64,000 bases of DNA, from assembly GCA_026418675.1 (NCBI GenBank), contig JAOAAX010000005.1:13789-77788 (forward strand), written 5' to 3'. A model generated the notes under the pieces. That model was given only the letters and a program-made list of their open reading frames with translations. It had not been told where the DNA came from and made no database searches. This DNA comes from Chthoniobacterales bacterium (lineage in GTDB: Bacteria > Verrucomicrobiota > Verrucomicrobiia > Chthoniobacterales > DYNR01). The number at the start of each line of letters is the position of its first letter. Position 1 is the first letter of the stretch. The position numbers and the translations under genes were made by a program. Positions 37,640-46,920 of this stretch are shown here, piece after piece.

Positions 37640-38755
37640 ATGGACTTTAAAGCATTGCTGGAACGCAGCCGACAACGGCTTTCTGAGCTGGATACAATTA
37701 TTGCTTCTCCCAACCTCTACGATTCTCCGGCCCAAGCGCGCGAGATACTCCGCGAGCATGCCCGTTTGAAGGGCCAACTTCAGCTCTGGGAGGAACTACA
37801 GCAAATTGAGCGTCAGCTTATTGATAACCAAAAACTTCTAGAAGACCCCACTTCGGACCCCGAGCTCATTGCCCTTGCTGAGGAGGAGATTCGGACTTTC
37901 GAAAAGCGTGCCGCTCATTTACGGCGCCAGCTTCAGGCTGCGCTTCTTCCGCCTGAACCGGGGGAGGAACGGGATGCAATTGTAGAAATTCGTGCCGGAA
38001 CTGGAGGTGCAGAGGCAGCCCTTTTTGCTGCCGACCTTTACCGGATGTATTGCAAATATGCGGACAGTGCCGGCTATCGGATCGAGCAGCTTGACCATAG
38101 TCCCTCTGATCTTGGTGGTTTTAAGCAAGTAGTTTTTCGGGTTAGTGGGGAAGGGGTATTTCGACGTCTTCGCTACGAGAGCGGGGTGCATCGCGTTCAA
38201 CGCGTCCCGGCGACGGAGGCACAGGGGCGGATTCACACTTCGACAGCAACGGTTGCGGTGTTGCCGGAAGCGGAGGAAGTTGATGTCGAGATCCGTCCCG
38301 AGGATTTACGAATCGAGGTTTGTCGGGCAAGTGGACCTGGTGGGCAAGGAGTCAATACAACTGACTCTGCTGTCCAAATACTTCACATCCCAACAGGGAA
38401 GATCGTTCGATGTCAAGATGGCCGAAGCCAGCTTCAGAATCGCGAGCGCGCCCTACAAATTCTCCGTTCGCGTTTGCTAGAGGATAAAATCCGAGAGGAA
38501 CGAGAAAAATACTCTGCGCATCGTCGCAGCCTTATAGGAAGTGGGGGGCGCGAGGAGAAAATCCGCACTTATAATTTTCCGCAGAACCGTGTAACGGACC
38601 ATCGAATCGAGCTGACTCTCTACACGCTCGACCGCTTTCTCGAAGGCGAAATTGGGACGATGCTCGACGCGCTTGAAGCTGCTGATCTCGAGCAGCGAAT
38701 TCGGGAGGCAGAAGGCCCCTCTTCCTCCGCTCCGTCATCCTCGCCTCCGGCTTAA
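37640..38755 (+). CDS. prfA: Peptide chain release factor 1
   Basis: PAT tripeptide (VQRVPATEAQGRIHTS) and the GGQ motif GPGGQGVNTTDSAV. ATG at 37640; the ORF track uses GTG at 37634. Short Ser/Pro-rich C-terminal tail. Confidence 0.95.
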   Translation: MDFKALLERSRQRLSELDTIIASPNLYDSPAQAREILREHARLKGQLQLWEELQQIERQLIDNQKLLEDPTSDPELIALAEEEIRTFEKRAAHLRRQLQAALLPPEPGEERDAIVEIRAGTGGAEAALFAADLYRMYCKYADSAGYRIEQLDHSPSDLGGFKQVVFRVSGEGVFRRLRYESGVHRVQRVPATEAQGRIHTSTATVAVLPEAEEVDVEIRPEDLRIEVCRASGPGGQGVNTTDSAVQILHIPTGKIVRCQDGRSQLQNRERALQILRSRLLEDKIREEREKYSAHRRSLIGSGGREEKIRTYNFPQNRVTDHRIELTLYTLDRFLEGEIGTMLDALEAADLEQRIREAEGPSSSAPSSSPPA

Positions 38756-38830
38756 TTCATCGGGAAAAGAAAGCTTTCTTAACCATCCTTGCACGGAGAG
38801 AAAAAAATTTCGACTGGACCGAGCGAGAGT

Positions 38831-39742
38831 ATGGATGTCCTTGCGGTTCTCAAGGCTGCAACGGATTATCTTGCCAAAAATCAAATAGAAAATCCCCGTC
38901 TTAACGCGGAATACCTTCTCGCTCATACACTTAATCTCCGCAGGCTCGATCTTTACTTGATCTATGACCGGCCGCTCTCAGATGCGGAAAGAGCTCCCCT
39001 GCGCTCTTTGATCCGCAGACGAGTTGCTCGTGAACCCCTCCAATACATTCTTGGTTCCTGGGATTTCTGTGGTTTTCCTTTAAAACTAGACAAACGAGTC
39101 CTTATACCCAGACCAGAAACCGAACTTCTTGTCGAATTTATTCTGAAAAAACTGCCGGCTTCGCAATCGGTGAGAGCGGCGGATATTGGGACGGGGAGCG
39201 GGGCAATTGCAATAGCTTTGGCCGCAAAATGTGAAAGGTGGGAAGTAATCGCAACAGATATTTCCTCCGAGGCTTTGGAAGTTGCCCGTGAAAACGCGAG
39301 AGCTCATTCTCTCGATAACCGTATCAAATTTATTTGTTGTGATCTTTTGCCAGATGGGGAAGAAAAATACGATCTGATTATCGCTAATCTTCCGTATGTT
39401 CCATCACCTCTGTTGGAGGTAGTTCCAGAGGAGGTGAAGCATGAGCCGCGAGTGGCTCTGGATGGTGGTGAAGACGGGCTGGGAATCCTTCGCCGGCTTA
39501 TAAGTTTGGCTCCCTCGCGTTTGAGTGATTCGGGGTGCCTTGCATTGGAGTTTGGCGATGGACAAGAGGCTGCCATAGAGAGCTTGCTCAAAGCAGCAGG
39601 GTTCAGGAAAATTTCTTTTCATAAGGACCTTGTTGGGAAATGGCGTTTTGTAGTTGCCGCAATCGGCTTGTGTGAAAGAATCAGTTTTTTATGGTTGATG
39701 AATCTTCTGGTGGCTCTGCAGCAGGTTGGGGGGCTTCCCTGA
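38831..39742 (+). CDS. prmC: Release factor glutamine N5-methyltransferase
   Basis: DIGTGSGAIAIALA SAM motif. The catalytic tetrapeptide reads NLPY (IIANLPYVP) rather than NPPY. ATG at 38831; the ORF track uses TTG at 38789. Confidence 0.88.
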   Translation: MDVLAVLKAATDYLAKNQIENPRLNAEYLLAHTLNLRRLDLYLIYDRPLSDAERAPLRSLIRRRVAREPLQYILGSWDFCGFPLKLDKRVLIPRPETELLVEFILKKLPASQSVRAADIGTGSGAIAIALAAKCERWEVIATDISSEALEVARENARAHSLDNRIKFICCDLLPDGEEKYDLIIANLPYVPSPLLEVVPEEVKHEPRVALDGGEDGLGILRRLISLAPSRLSDSGCLALEFGDGQEAAIESLLKAAGFRKISFHKDLVGKWRFVVAAIGLCERISFLWLMNLLVALQQVGGLP

Positions 39743-40071
39743 ATACGGAGCAAATTCTGGAATTCTTCAGTGGGGATCGCGACGCATCCCTTGAAATTGT
39801 CAAGATGGCTATTTTTGATGTGCGGAGACTGTGGCAAAATGCACAAGAGCTTTGTAAACAAGCTGACTGGCAGAGACTTGGGCGCACTCTTCACAGCTTG
39901 CGTGGGGCGATTTCGACATTCGGTTTTAATTCTCTTCAACAAGAGCTGCGGAGGCTGGAGGATATTTGTGATTTGGGACGGCCGGTTGTTCTTGATGGTC
40001 TTTCCTCTGCAATTACGGACTTTCTTGATTACGCTCAAAAGCGCGGGGACGAGCTTGAAGAGAGGAAGTAA
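39691..40071 (+). CDS. Stand-alone HPt (histidine phosphotransfer) domain protein
   Basis: HPt signature LHSLRGAISTFGF (compare HxLKGxxxxxG); 126 aa. Overlaps the prmC 3' end by about 50 nt. Confidence 0.65.
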   Translation: MVDESSGGSAAGWGASLNTEQILEFFSGDRDASLEIVKMAIFDVRRLWQNAQELCKQADWQRLGRTLHSLRGAISTFGFNSLQQELRRLEDICDLGRPVVLDGLSSAITDFLDYAQKRGDELEERK

Positions 40072-40098
40072 TTTACTACTAAGTGGATTTTTTCGATT

Positions 40099-41088
40099 TT
40101 GACGGCCGATTCCCATCACAACTCCCTACCACCTCTCTTTGCAACTCTTGAGCAGCGGCTGGGGACCGATATGCTCTCGCGGCGGCTTTTCCTGCAAGCC
40201 ACTCATTCTGCAGGCCTAACTCATCAGGGGGAGGGGGTTTTTGTCATCGAACGTATTTTACCAATAGATGTCATTGTCTGGTTTTTTCTTTGTTTATTTG
40301 GTCTTCGGAAGGCTGGTTTACGCGGAGCGCGCGATTTGAGGGTCGAGGAGAATCAAGTCAGTTCCGAGCGTATTCCTGCGGCTCTTGATGGATTTCGCAT
40401 TCTGCATTTGAGTGACCTTCACCTTGATCTTCAGACGGGTATTCTCGATGTTCTTCTCCCAACTCTTGAAAGAACACCTTATGATTTGGCTGTCATCACA
40501 GGTGATTTTCGGAACAAAACCCGTGGTGAATTTGCCACTGCTATTCGAGAGACTGCGATCCTGCTGGAGTATCTCAAGAAGCCGGTGTTCGGTGTTCTTG
40601 GGAACCACGATTTCGTTGAAATGGTTCCATTCCTTGAAGATGCAGGATTATCCTTGCTTTTGAATGAAGCAAGTTTTTTTGATTATAAAGGAGCTAGAGT
40701 TGTCCTTGCTGGTATTGACGATCCGCACTTTTACAGGACACACGATTTACCGAAGGTAGCAGCTTTAACGAGGGAACTTTCAACGCCGCAGAGTTTCCGG
40801 GTTCTGCTTTCACACAGTCCGGAAACGTGGCGGGAGGCCGAAGGTCATTTTGATTTAATGCTTTGTGGGCACACGCATGGCGGGCAAATTTGCTTACCTG
40901 GGGGAATTCCGGTTGTTCGCAATGCGCGCTGTCCTTCGAAGCTGTTAGCCGGTGCCTGGAGGTATGGGAATCTCATTGGCTATACCTCGCGGGGGACTGG
41001 ATGCTGTGGGGTTCCGGCGCGTTTTTTCTGTCCTCCGGAAATAACGGTTCATGTTTTCAAAACTATAGGTGGTGGTGCTGCCGGGTGA
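40099..41088 (+). CDS. Membrane-associated metallophosphoesterase (YkuE-like)
   Basis: ILHLSDLHLD, ITGDF, GNHD and CGHTHGGQ motifs, with an N-terminal hydrophobic segment. TTG start. Confidence 0.85.
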   Translation: MTADSHHNSLPPLFATLEQRLGTDMLSRRLFLQATHSAGLTHQGEGVFVIERILPIDVIVWFFLCLFGLRKAGLRGARDLRVEENQVSSERIPAALDGFRILHLSDLHLDLQTGILDVLLPTLERTPYDLAVITGDFRNKTRGEFATAIRETAILLEYLKKPVFGVLGNHDFVEMVPFLEDAGLSLLLNEASFFDYKGARVVLAGIDDPHFYRTHDLPKVAALTRELSTPQSFRVLLSHSPETWREAEGHFDLMLCGHTHGGQICLPGGIPVVRNARCPSKLLAGAWRYGNLIGYTSRGTGCCGVPARFFCPPEITVHVFKTIGGGAAG

Positions 41089-41115
41089 GGGGGGGAGTAA
41101 GGCGCTGCAGCTTAT

Positions 41116-41907
41116 TCAGCGAAAGAGGAACCAGATTCCGAAAGCTGCAATGGCGAATTCGACGATGCGCAGAAAGGTGGTAGTGCTGAGCTGTTCAAGG
41201 ATTTGTTTGCCGAGGTAAGTTCCGCCGATCATGACTGGACCTAGCATCAATCCTTGAAGCCAGAGATGGGGTTCCATTGCTCCCAGTCCTTGATACATAG
41301 ACAATTTGACGATGTGGAGGATGGCCGTTCCGAGGGCTTCTGTTCCGATGAAGGCGCCTTTGACGAGACCGAAGGCAAGGTAGAACGGAGCAAGGAAGGG
41401 GCCGGCGCTTCCGACGAGAGCGGAAACGAGGGAAAAAGCGGAGCCGATGGCAACAAACCAAGGGGCTGAGAAGCCGGCCTTTTGCTGAGGTTTGAACCAA
41501 CGGTAAATTGCCGTGGCGAGTAAGAATGCACCGAGGAACTTAAGAAGCCCTACATCTGGGATTTGGGTGAAGAGCCAGGCTCCAAGGATAGCACCAGGGA
41601 CGGAGCCAAGGGAGAACCAAGCAACCACTTTGAGCCGGATTTCTCGCCAATTCCACCCCACCCGCGATAAATTTCCCAGCAATTGGCAAACTGTGTAGAG
41701 GGGAACGGCTGCGCGCACCCCAAATGCCCAGACCAAAACAGGGAGGAGGAGGACGCCGCCGCCGGTTCCAGCGATAGCAGCGACGGTGGCTCCAACGAAG
41801 GCTGCGGCGAGGACGCCGAGCCATTTGAAGATTTGGACGCTTGTGAGGGAGGCGGTGAGGAATTCACTTACTAGCGGGAGAGAGGTTCCAATTTCTTGCG
41901 GCATCAA
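41116..41907 (-). CDS. TauE/SafE family sulfite/anion exporter
   Basis: 263 aa with about 8 Gly/Ala-rich TM helices and the internal duplication typical of the family. Confidence 0.7.
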   Translation of the reverse strand: MMPQEIGTSLPLVSEFLTASLTSVQIFKWLGVLAAAFVGATVAAIAGTGGGVLLLPVLVWAFGVRAAVPLYTVCQLLGNLSRVGWNWREIRLKVVAWFSLGSVPGAILGAWLFTQIPDVGLLKFLGAFLLATAIYRWFKPQQKAGFSAPWFVAIGSAFSLVSALVGSAGPFLAPFYLAFGLVKGAFIGTEALGTAILHIVKLSMYQGLGAMEPHLWLQGLMLGPVMIGGTYLGKQILEQLSTTTFLRIVEFAIAAFGIWFLFR

Positions 41908-41944
41908 GGGGTGTGGGGGCGAGGGAGGAGGAAGGTGTGGGAGG

Positions 41945-42646
41945 TTAGCTTTCCTGAGAATTTTGGGCTTGGGCGAGTTGTGTTCCCTGGGTTTCTAACC
42001 AAGCGCGGAATTTCTGCATGGCTTTACCACGGTGGCTAAGCTTGTGTTTCTCGTCTGGGTTCATTTCGGCGAAGGTTAACGAGGAGCCAATCGGAACAAA
42101 GAAGGGGTCGTATCCGAAACCGCCGACACCTCGTGGGTTCGTTATGATACTTCCCTCCACAGTGCCATGAAATTCTGCCAGAATATTGTTGCGGAGAGCG
42201 ACTGCCAGGGCACATTGAAACCGTGCTGTGCGGGCAGGTTCTGGCACACCTTCCAGTTTGCGGAGGAGCAACTCCAAATTTTCGGCATCGGTTGCGTTTT
42301 CGCCGGCGAAGCGTGCGGAGCGGACGCCGGGAGCGCCGTTAAGCGCGTCCACTTCTAAGCCTGAGTCATCGGCGAGGGTGAGCCATGGGGAATGGAGGGA
42401 TGTTTCGAGGGCTTTAATCCTTGCGTTTTCCTGGAAGGTTTTTCCATTTTCGATCGGCTCTGGGAAGGGGGGCAGCGAATCGATCCCTAGGACGAGCCAA
42501 CGTGGGCCGATAAGCTGCTGCAACTCGAGCAGCTTTTTGGGATTGCGTGTAGCAAGAACAACCCGCACTTTTGAGGAAAGGGGTTCGGGATGTTGACTTT
42601 GCTGAGGAGGAGATAGATTTAGCGCACGTTTAGCGCACGACGCCAA
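41945..42646 (-). CDS. rdgB: Non-canonical purine NTP pyrophosphatase (RdgB/HAM1)
   Basis: VVLATRNPKKLLEL and GFGYDPFFVP. An alternative GTG at 42568 gives a typical length of about 207 aa and removes the 17-nt overlap with pal. Confidence 0.9.
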   Translation of the reverse strand: MASCAKRALNLSPPQQSQHPEPLSSKVRVVLATRNPKKLLELQQLIGPRWLVLGIDSLPPFPEPIENGKTFQENARIKALETSLHSPWLTLADDSGLEVDALNGAPGVRSARFAGENATDAENLELLLRKLEGVPEPARTARFQCALAVALRNNILAEFHGTVEGSIITNPRGVGGFGYDPFFVPIGSSLTFAEMNPDEKHKLSHRGKAMQKFRAWLETQGTQLAQAQNSQES

Positions 42647-43154
42647 ATTCTGCGCGGCGATTTTTGGCCCAAGCTTCTTCGTTGTCGCGTGGGTCGGCTG
42701 GCATTTCTTCGCCGAAACTGACGGTTTGCAAGCGGTCTGCGTTCACGCCGTAATTGATGAGAGCGGAACGAACGGCTTGTGCGCGGCGCTCGCCTAAGCC
42801 GCGGTTGTATTCTTCTGTGCCACGGTTATCGGTGAAGCCGGCGATAATGACGTCGTTATTTCTTTCCCGTAAGCTGCTTGCAATTTGTTGGACCTTCGTC
42901 ATTTCGGAAGGGGAGATGGTGTAAGAATCGAAGGCAAAATAAATAGGGGGAAATTCCGAACGACTGACGTTACTGCCGAAGAAACTTACCCCTTCGTTTC
43001 TTTCTGGGAGGGGTGTGCCGAGGACGTAATCGCTATCCACTCCGGCGAAGCGGTCTTTGTCTTTGCTAGCGCACGCAGCGAGGGTCAAGAGGGTTGCTCC
43101 AAATAAACCTGCACGGATCAAACTTGTCATACCGATTTTCATGTCAGCAACCAA
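42630..43154 (-). CDS. pal: Peptidoglycan-associated lipoprotein (OmpA-family)
   Basis: Lipobox LTLAAC. OmpA-like domain FAFDSYTISP...GFTDNRGTEEYNRGLGERRAQAV. Confidence 0.88.
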   Translation of the reverse strand: MVADMKIGMTSLIRAGLFGATLLTLAACASKDKDRFAGVDSDYVLGTPLPERNEGVSFFGSNVSRSEFPPIYFAFDSYTISPSEMTKVQQIASSLRERNNDVIIAGFTDNRGTEEYNRGLGERRAQAVRSALINYGVNADRLQTVSFGEEMPADPRDNEEAWAKNRRAEFGVVR

Positions 43155-43414
43155 AGAAGAGCGAAACTTGTCTTTGCTGCAATAAAATTTTCTTGTGCAT
43201 CTTGGAGTTATTGGAGGAATTCGGTATCATTGGAAGGGGCGTTCGGGGGGGGAAGGGAGGGGAGGCTGAACCTTGGTTTTGTTCGTTTGTGGACTTTAGG
43301 GAAGTGGAGGCACAAAGTGCGGTCCAGTTCTGGTAGGATGGGTAAGGAGAAATGAGAAATGGCTTTGGAGAGTTCTGATTAACAGAGAATTAGGAGGGAA
43401 CGGACAAAGAGTTG

Positions 43415-43486
43415 TGCCAAAGGAGGGATTCGAACCCCCGACCCAGGGCTTATGAGTCCCTTGCTCTACCGCTGAGCTACTTTGGC
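43415..43486 (-). tRNA. tRNA with anticodon CAU (elongator Met or lysidine-modified Ile2)
   Basis: Hand-folded cloverleaf: acceptor GCCAAAG/CTTTGGC, D arm GCTC-AGCGGTA-GAGC, anticodon loop CTCATAA, T arm GGGGG-TTCGAAT-CCCTC, discriminator A, no encoded CCA. The G1-C72 and C11-G24 pairs argue against an initiator. Confidence 0.85.
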
Positions 43487-43587
43487 TGCTTAGCTGTGTT
43501 TTGAAAAGTTAAACATTGCCTGTTCAGAGTCAACAATTTTCTTTTTGAGCGGGGATGTTCGCTCTAGGCTAGAGGACGAATTCGGGC

Positions 43588-44490
43588 ATGAGTTCTGGAG
43601 TAAACATTCTCGATGGGAAAGCGATAGCGGAGGAAGTCCATGCGGAGACGCAACGGCGTGTTGAAGCATTGGAGGTGCATGGGATTCGGCCGGGGTTAGC
43701 AGTTGTGCTTGTGGGAGACAATCCTGCGTCGCGGATTTATGTGGAGAATAAGCATCGGACAGCGAGCCGGTTGGGTTTTTTCTCGCGTAAGATTGAATTG
43801 CCAGCGGATTGCCCAAAAGAGCAACTACATGAAATCCTCAATGCTTTAAATTCAGACTCGGCAATTCATGGGATTCTGGTTCAATCCCCACTTCCCTCGC
43901 ATTTGGATGAGGAGGAGGTTGTTGCGGCAATTTCTCCGGAGAAGGATGTGGATGGTTTCCATCCTGTGAATGTTGCAAAACTTGCGTTGGGGCATAGCGA
44001 CGGATTTGTTCCTTGCACGCCGTTGGGGATTTTGCGGCTTCTGCAGCACATCCGGTTTCCTGTGCCGGGGAGCCACGCGGTTGTGGTTGGGCGGAGCCGT
44101 ATCGTTGGTAAACCGATGGCGCTTTTGTTGCTGCAGCGCGGTCCGTTGGGAAATGCCACTGTTACGGTTGCACACTCTCAGACACGGAATTTAGCCGCAA
44201 TAACAAGGCAAGCGGATTTGCTCATTGCAGCAATTGGGCAGCCGAATTTTTTGGGTTCCGAGCACGTGCGAGAGGGGGCTGTGGTGATTGATGTTGGGAT
44301 TAACCGGATAGCGGATGCTTCTGCGCCACGGGGCTATCGGCTTGTGGGGGATGTTCGGTTCGAGGAGGTAGCGCCAATCTGCCGAGCGATTACTCCCGTG
44401 CCGGGTGGAGTTGGGCCGATGACAATCGCCATGCTTCTCCAGAATACGGTGCTTGCTGCCGAGCGTGCGGTTGGTTTGGGTAGAAGCTAG
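43588..44490 (+). CDS. folD: Bifunctional methylenetetrahydrofolate dehydrogenase/cyclohydrolase
   Basis: ILDGKAIA, VLVGDNPASRIYV, VVVGRSRIVGKPMALLL, PVPGGVGPMT. Confidence 0.95.
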   Translation: MSSGVNILDGKAIAEEVHAETQRRVEALEVHGIRPGLAVVLVGDNPASRIYVENKHRTASRLGFFSRKIELPADCPKEQLHEILNALNSDSAIHGILVQSPLPSHLDEEEVVAAISPEKDVDGFHPVNVAKLALGHSDGFVPCTPLGILRLLQHIRFPVPGSHAVVVGRSRIVGKPMALLLLQRGPLGNATVTVAHSQTRNLAAITRQADLLIAAIGQPNFLGSEHVREGAVVIDVGINRIADASAPRGYRLVGDVRFEEVAPICRAITPVPGGVGPMTIAMLLQNTVLAAERAVGLGRS

Positions 44491-44638
44491 AAGTCGGACG
44501 TAGGAGGATAGGGTAGTGGCGAAGTAAGCTAGTTGAGCTTTTTGCTAAGTTGGGCTGCTCCGGGGAATTTAAGGCGGAAGAAACTTTCCGGGCTTTCCAA
44601 TTTCCAAATCCATCGTTAGAAATTTCCTACTCAATGCG

Positions 44639-45358
44639 ATGTGGATGAAAAAAAATTCCTTCTTTGTCGGTTTTTTTGGCCATGTTTTCCATGTTTTTGA
44701 GAGGATTTTGTCACCCTCTCTTTTGGTTATTGTGGTATTTTTTTGGGGGGCTCGGGTTGCTGCTTCGCAGGTTGCTTCTGAGACAGGGATTGGGCCTGAA
44801 GTTGCAGACTTCTACGTCCTTTTTCCTGGGGAGAAGAAGCCGCGTAAGTTTGTGATTGCTCTTTATGATGGAGTGGCGCCGCAAACGGTTGCGAATTTTA
44901 AGGAGCTTGTGAGGCGAGGATTCTACCGGCACCATTTGTTTCACCGGGCTATTCCCGACATCCTTGTCCAAACAGGTGATCCTCTTAGCCGGCGGCGGGC
45001 GGCGAGGACAGGCACAGGTGGGCCGGGATATACCTTGCCTGGGGAAATCCGCCTGCCTCTGCAGAGGGGATGTGTAGCGATGGGGCGGTTGGATGATGCG
45101 ATCAATCCGGCCTACCGCTCCAATGGCAGTCAATTTTTCGTAGCGCTTTGCGATTTGCCGGAGCTGAACGGAAAATACACGGTTTTTGGCAAGGTGATTG
45201 AAGGGATGGATGTCCTTTCAAAGATTTCGCAAGCCCGCACAGATACAAATGATTTTCCTGTCCAAAATTATAGGATTGTTCGGACGGAACTTGTCAAACG
45301 GGTGCTTGGAGCGGTGTCAGGAGCGGTTGGGGAGGGGGCACGAGCAAAAGCCCGCTGA
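44639..45358 (+). CDS. Cyclophilin-type peptidyl-prolyl cis-trans isomerase, exported or anchored
   Basis: FHRAIPDILVQTGDP, GSQFFV and YTVFGKVIEGMDV, with a hydrophobic N-terminus. Confidence 0.88.
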   Translation: MWMKKNSFFVGFFGHVFHVFERILSPSLLVIVVFFWGARVAASQVASETGIGPEVADFYVLFPGEKKPRKFVIALYDGVAPQTVANFKELVRRGFYRHHLFHRAIPDILVQTGDPLSRRRAARTGTGGPGYTLPGEIRLPLQRGCVAMGRLDDAINPAYRSNGSQFFVALCDLPELNGKYTVFGKVIEGMDVLSKISQARTDTNDFPVQNYRIVRTELVKRVLGAVSGAVGEGARAKAR

Positions 45359-45438
45359 GGGGAGGGATGGAATGCGGAGGGTAATTTGGAGAGTTGGAGA
45401 GGCCTGCAGAAAGCCCTTTTTTGCAATTTTCGGTTAGC

Positions 45439-46554
45439 ATGAAACGATTCTTGATTCTGACAGCGTCGTTTGGAGAAGGCCACAATACTGCTGCGCGAAG
45501 CATACACGAGGCACTTTTGGAAATTGGCCGGGGAGAGGTTGAATCGGAAATTTGCGATCCTTACCAGCAAACGAATCCGAGGTTGAATCGGGGATTGCAG
45601 AAGTTTTATTCGGTTGCAATAAACCGGTTGCCGCGGATTTGGGCCGGGATATTTGGTTTGTTGGCAGTTCCCGGCCTCTTGGAAGCCGGGCTGCCGCTGT
45701 TGGCTTCGCTCAAGGAAGCACTACGGAGGAGGTTTCAAGAATTTCGACCGGATTGTCTAGTTTCGACGTATCCCGTTTATAGTTTTCTCTGGCGGGAGAT
45801 TCTGCGGGAGAGCCCGTTTTTGAAGCTTCGTTTGGTGACGGTCGTAACCGATTCGGCGAGTATCAACAGTGCGTGGTATCGGAGTGGATCGGATTCGTTT
45901 GTTGTGTGTGATGAGTGGACGGCCAAGACGTTGCGGGAGGCAGGGGTAGAGGAGGGGAGAATCCACGTTCTAGGCTTTCCGGTTCATCCGCGCTTTTCTT
46001 CGCTTCGTCCGAGGTTGGTGGAGGAGTGCACGCCCCCGTATCAGATTCTCTACTTACCCTCGACGCGGCGAAGGCTTGCAATTGAGGTAGTGAGTCAGCT
46101 TTTACAGAATCCGCAGCTAGAGTTGGTTGTTGTGACTGGAAGGAACGAGAATCTACACGAGGCGTTGGTGCGTGCAGGGTTTGATCATGCGCCGCATGTG
46201 CGGTTAATTGGATGGACGGACCAAATGCCGGAGCTGCTGGCATCGAGCCATTTGTTCTGCGGGAAGCCTGGTGGAGCAATTGTGCAGGAAGCGATTGCTG
46301 CGCAGACACCGTTTTTGGTGACACATGTTGTTCCCGGTCAGGAAGAGGGGAATGCTGCCTTGCTGGAACGGATTGGAGCTGGGAGGATTCTGAAGGACGG
46401 TGCGAGGGAATTGCCGGTAGCGATTGAGGAGGTTTTTGCAAACGATGGGAAGCAGTGGAAGGAATGGAAGCGCAATCTCCTAGGTTATAGCCGACCGGAT
46501 GCAGCACGGCGGATTGCTCGTTTCCTAATGGATTTCTGCGAAAAACCTTCGTGA
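45439..46554 (+). CDS. MGDG-synthase-family diacylglycerol glycosyltransferase
   Basis: MKRFLILTASFGEGHNTAARSI N-terminus (MGDG_synth domain) plus a GT28-type C-terminal half. ATG at 45439; the ORF track start is 45394. Confidence 0.75.
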   Translation: MKRFLILTASFGEGHNTAARSIHEALLEIGRGEVESEICDPYQQTNPRLNRGLQKFYSVAINRLPRIWAGIFGLLAVPGLLEAGLPLLASLKEALRRRFQEFRPDCLVSTYPVYSFLWREILRESPFLKLRLVTVVTDSASINSAWYRSGSDSFVVCDEWTAKTLREAGVEEGRIHVLGFPVHPRFSSLRPRLVEECTPPYQILYLPSTRRRLAIEVVSQLLQNPQLELVVVTGRNENLHEALVRAGFDHAPHVRLIGWTDQMPELLASSHLFCGKPGGAIVQEAIAAQTPFLVTHVVPGQEEGNAALLERIGAGRILKDGARELPVAIEEVFANDGKQWKEWKRNLLGYSRPDAARRIARFLMDFCEKPS

Positions 46555-46596
46555 GGGGATGGAGTTTATCCAGGAATCGTTTTGGAGTCTTTCTGT

Positions 46597-46920
46597 ATGA
46601 AGCAGCCGATACGGCCCGTCACGATCCAACCTGTAGGCAAGGAGCTAGCGATTGCGTGGAACGATGGAAGGGAGAGTTATCTGCCGCTGGAATTTTTACG
46701 GCGGGCCTGCCCGTGTGCTGTCTGTGGAGGTGAGCCAGACGTGCTGGGGCGGGTTGTGCGACCAAACGTAGAGTATGTGCCAGAGAGCTTCGAGCTACGG
46801 GGAATAGAATACGTTGGGGGATATGGGATTCAGCCGAAATGGGGGGATGGACATCGGACGGGAATCTATTCGTGGCTTTACTTGTTGCGGTTAGACGAAC
46901 AGCTTCGGCAAAATCCATGA
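46597..46920 (+). CDS. DUF971 family protein
   Basis: LAIAWNDGRESYLPLEFLRRACPCAVCGGE and YGIQPKWGDGHRTGIYSW. Its stop overlaps the cdsA start as ATGA. Confidence 0.75.
   Translation: MKQPIRPVTIQPVGKELAIAWNDGRESYLPLEFLRRACPCAVCGGEPDVLGRVVRPNVEYVPESFELRGIEYVGGYGIQPKWGDGHRTGIYSWLYLLRLDEQLRQNP

Noticed and set aside
41195-41998. Cluster of Pro/Arg/Ser-rich ORFs on both strands overlapping the TauE/SafE gene.
   Set aside because: The 263-aa multi-TM frame is the coherent one. The others are frame artefacts of a Gly/Ala-rich, GC-rich membrane-protein gene.
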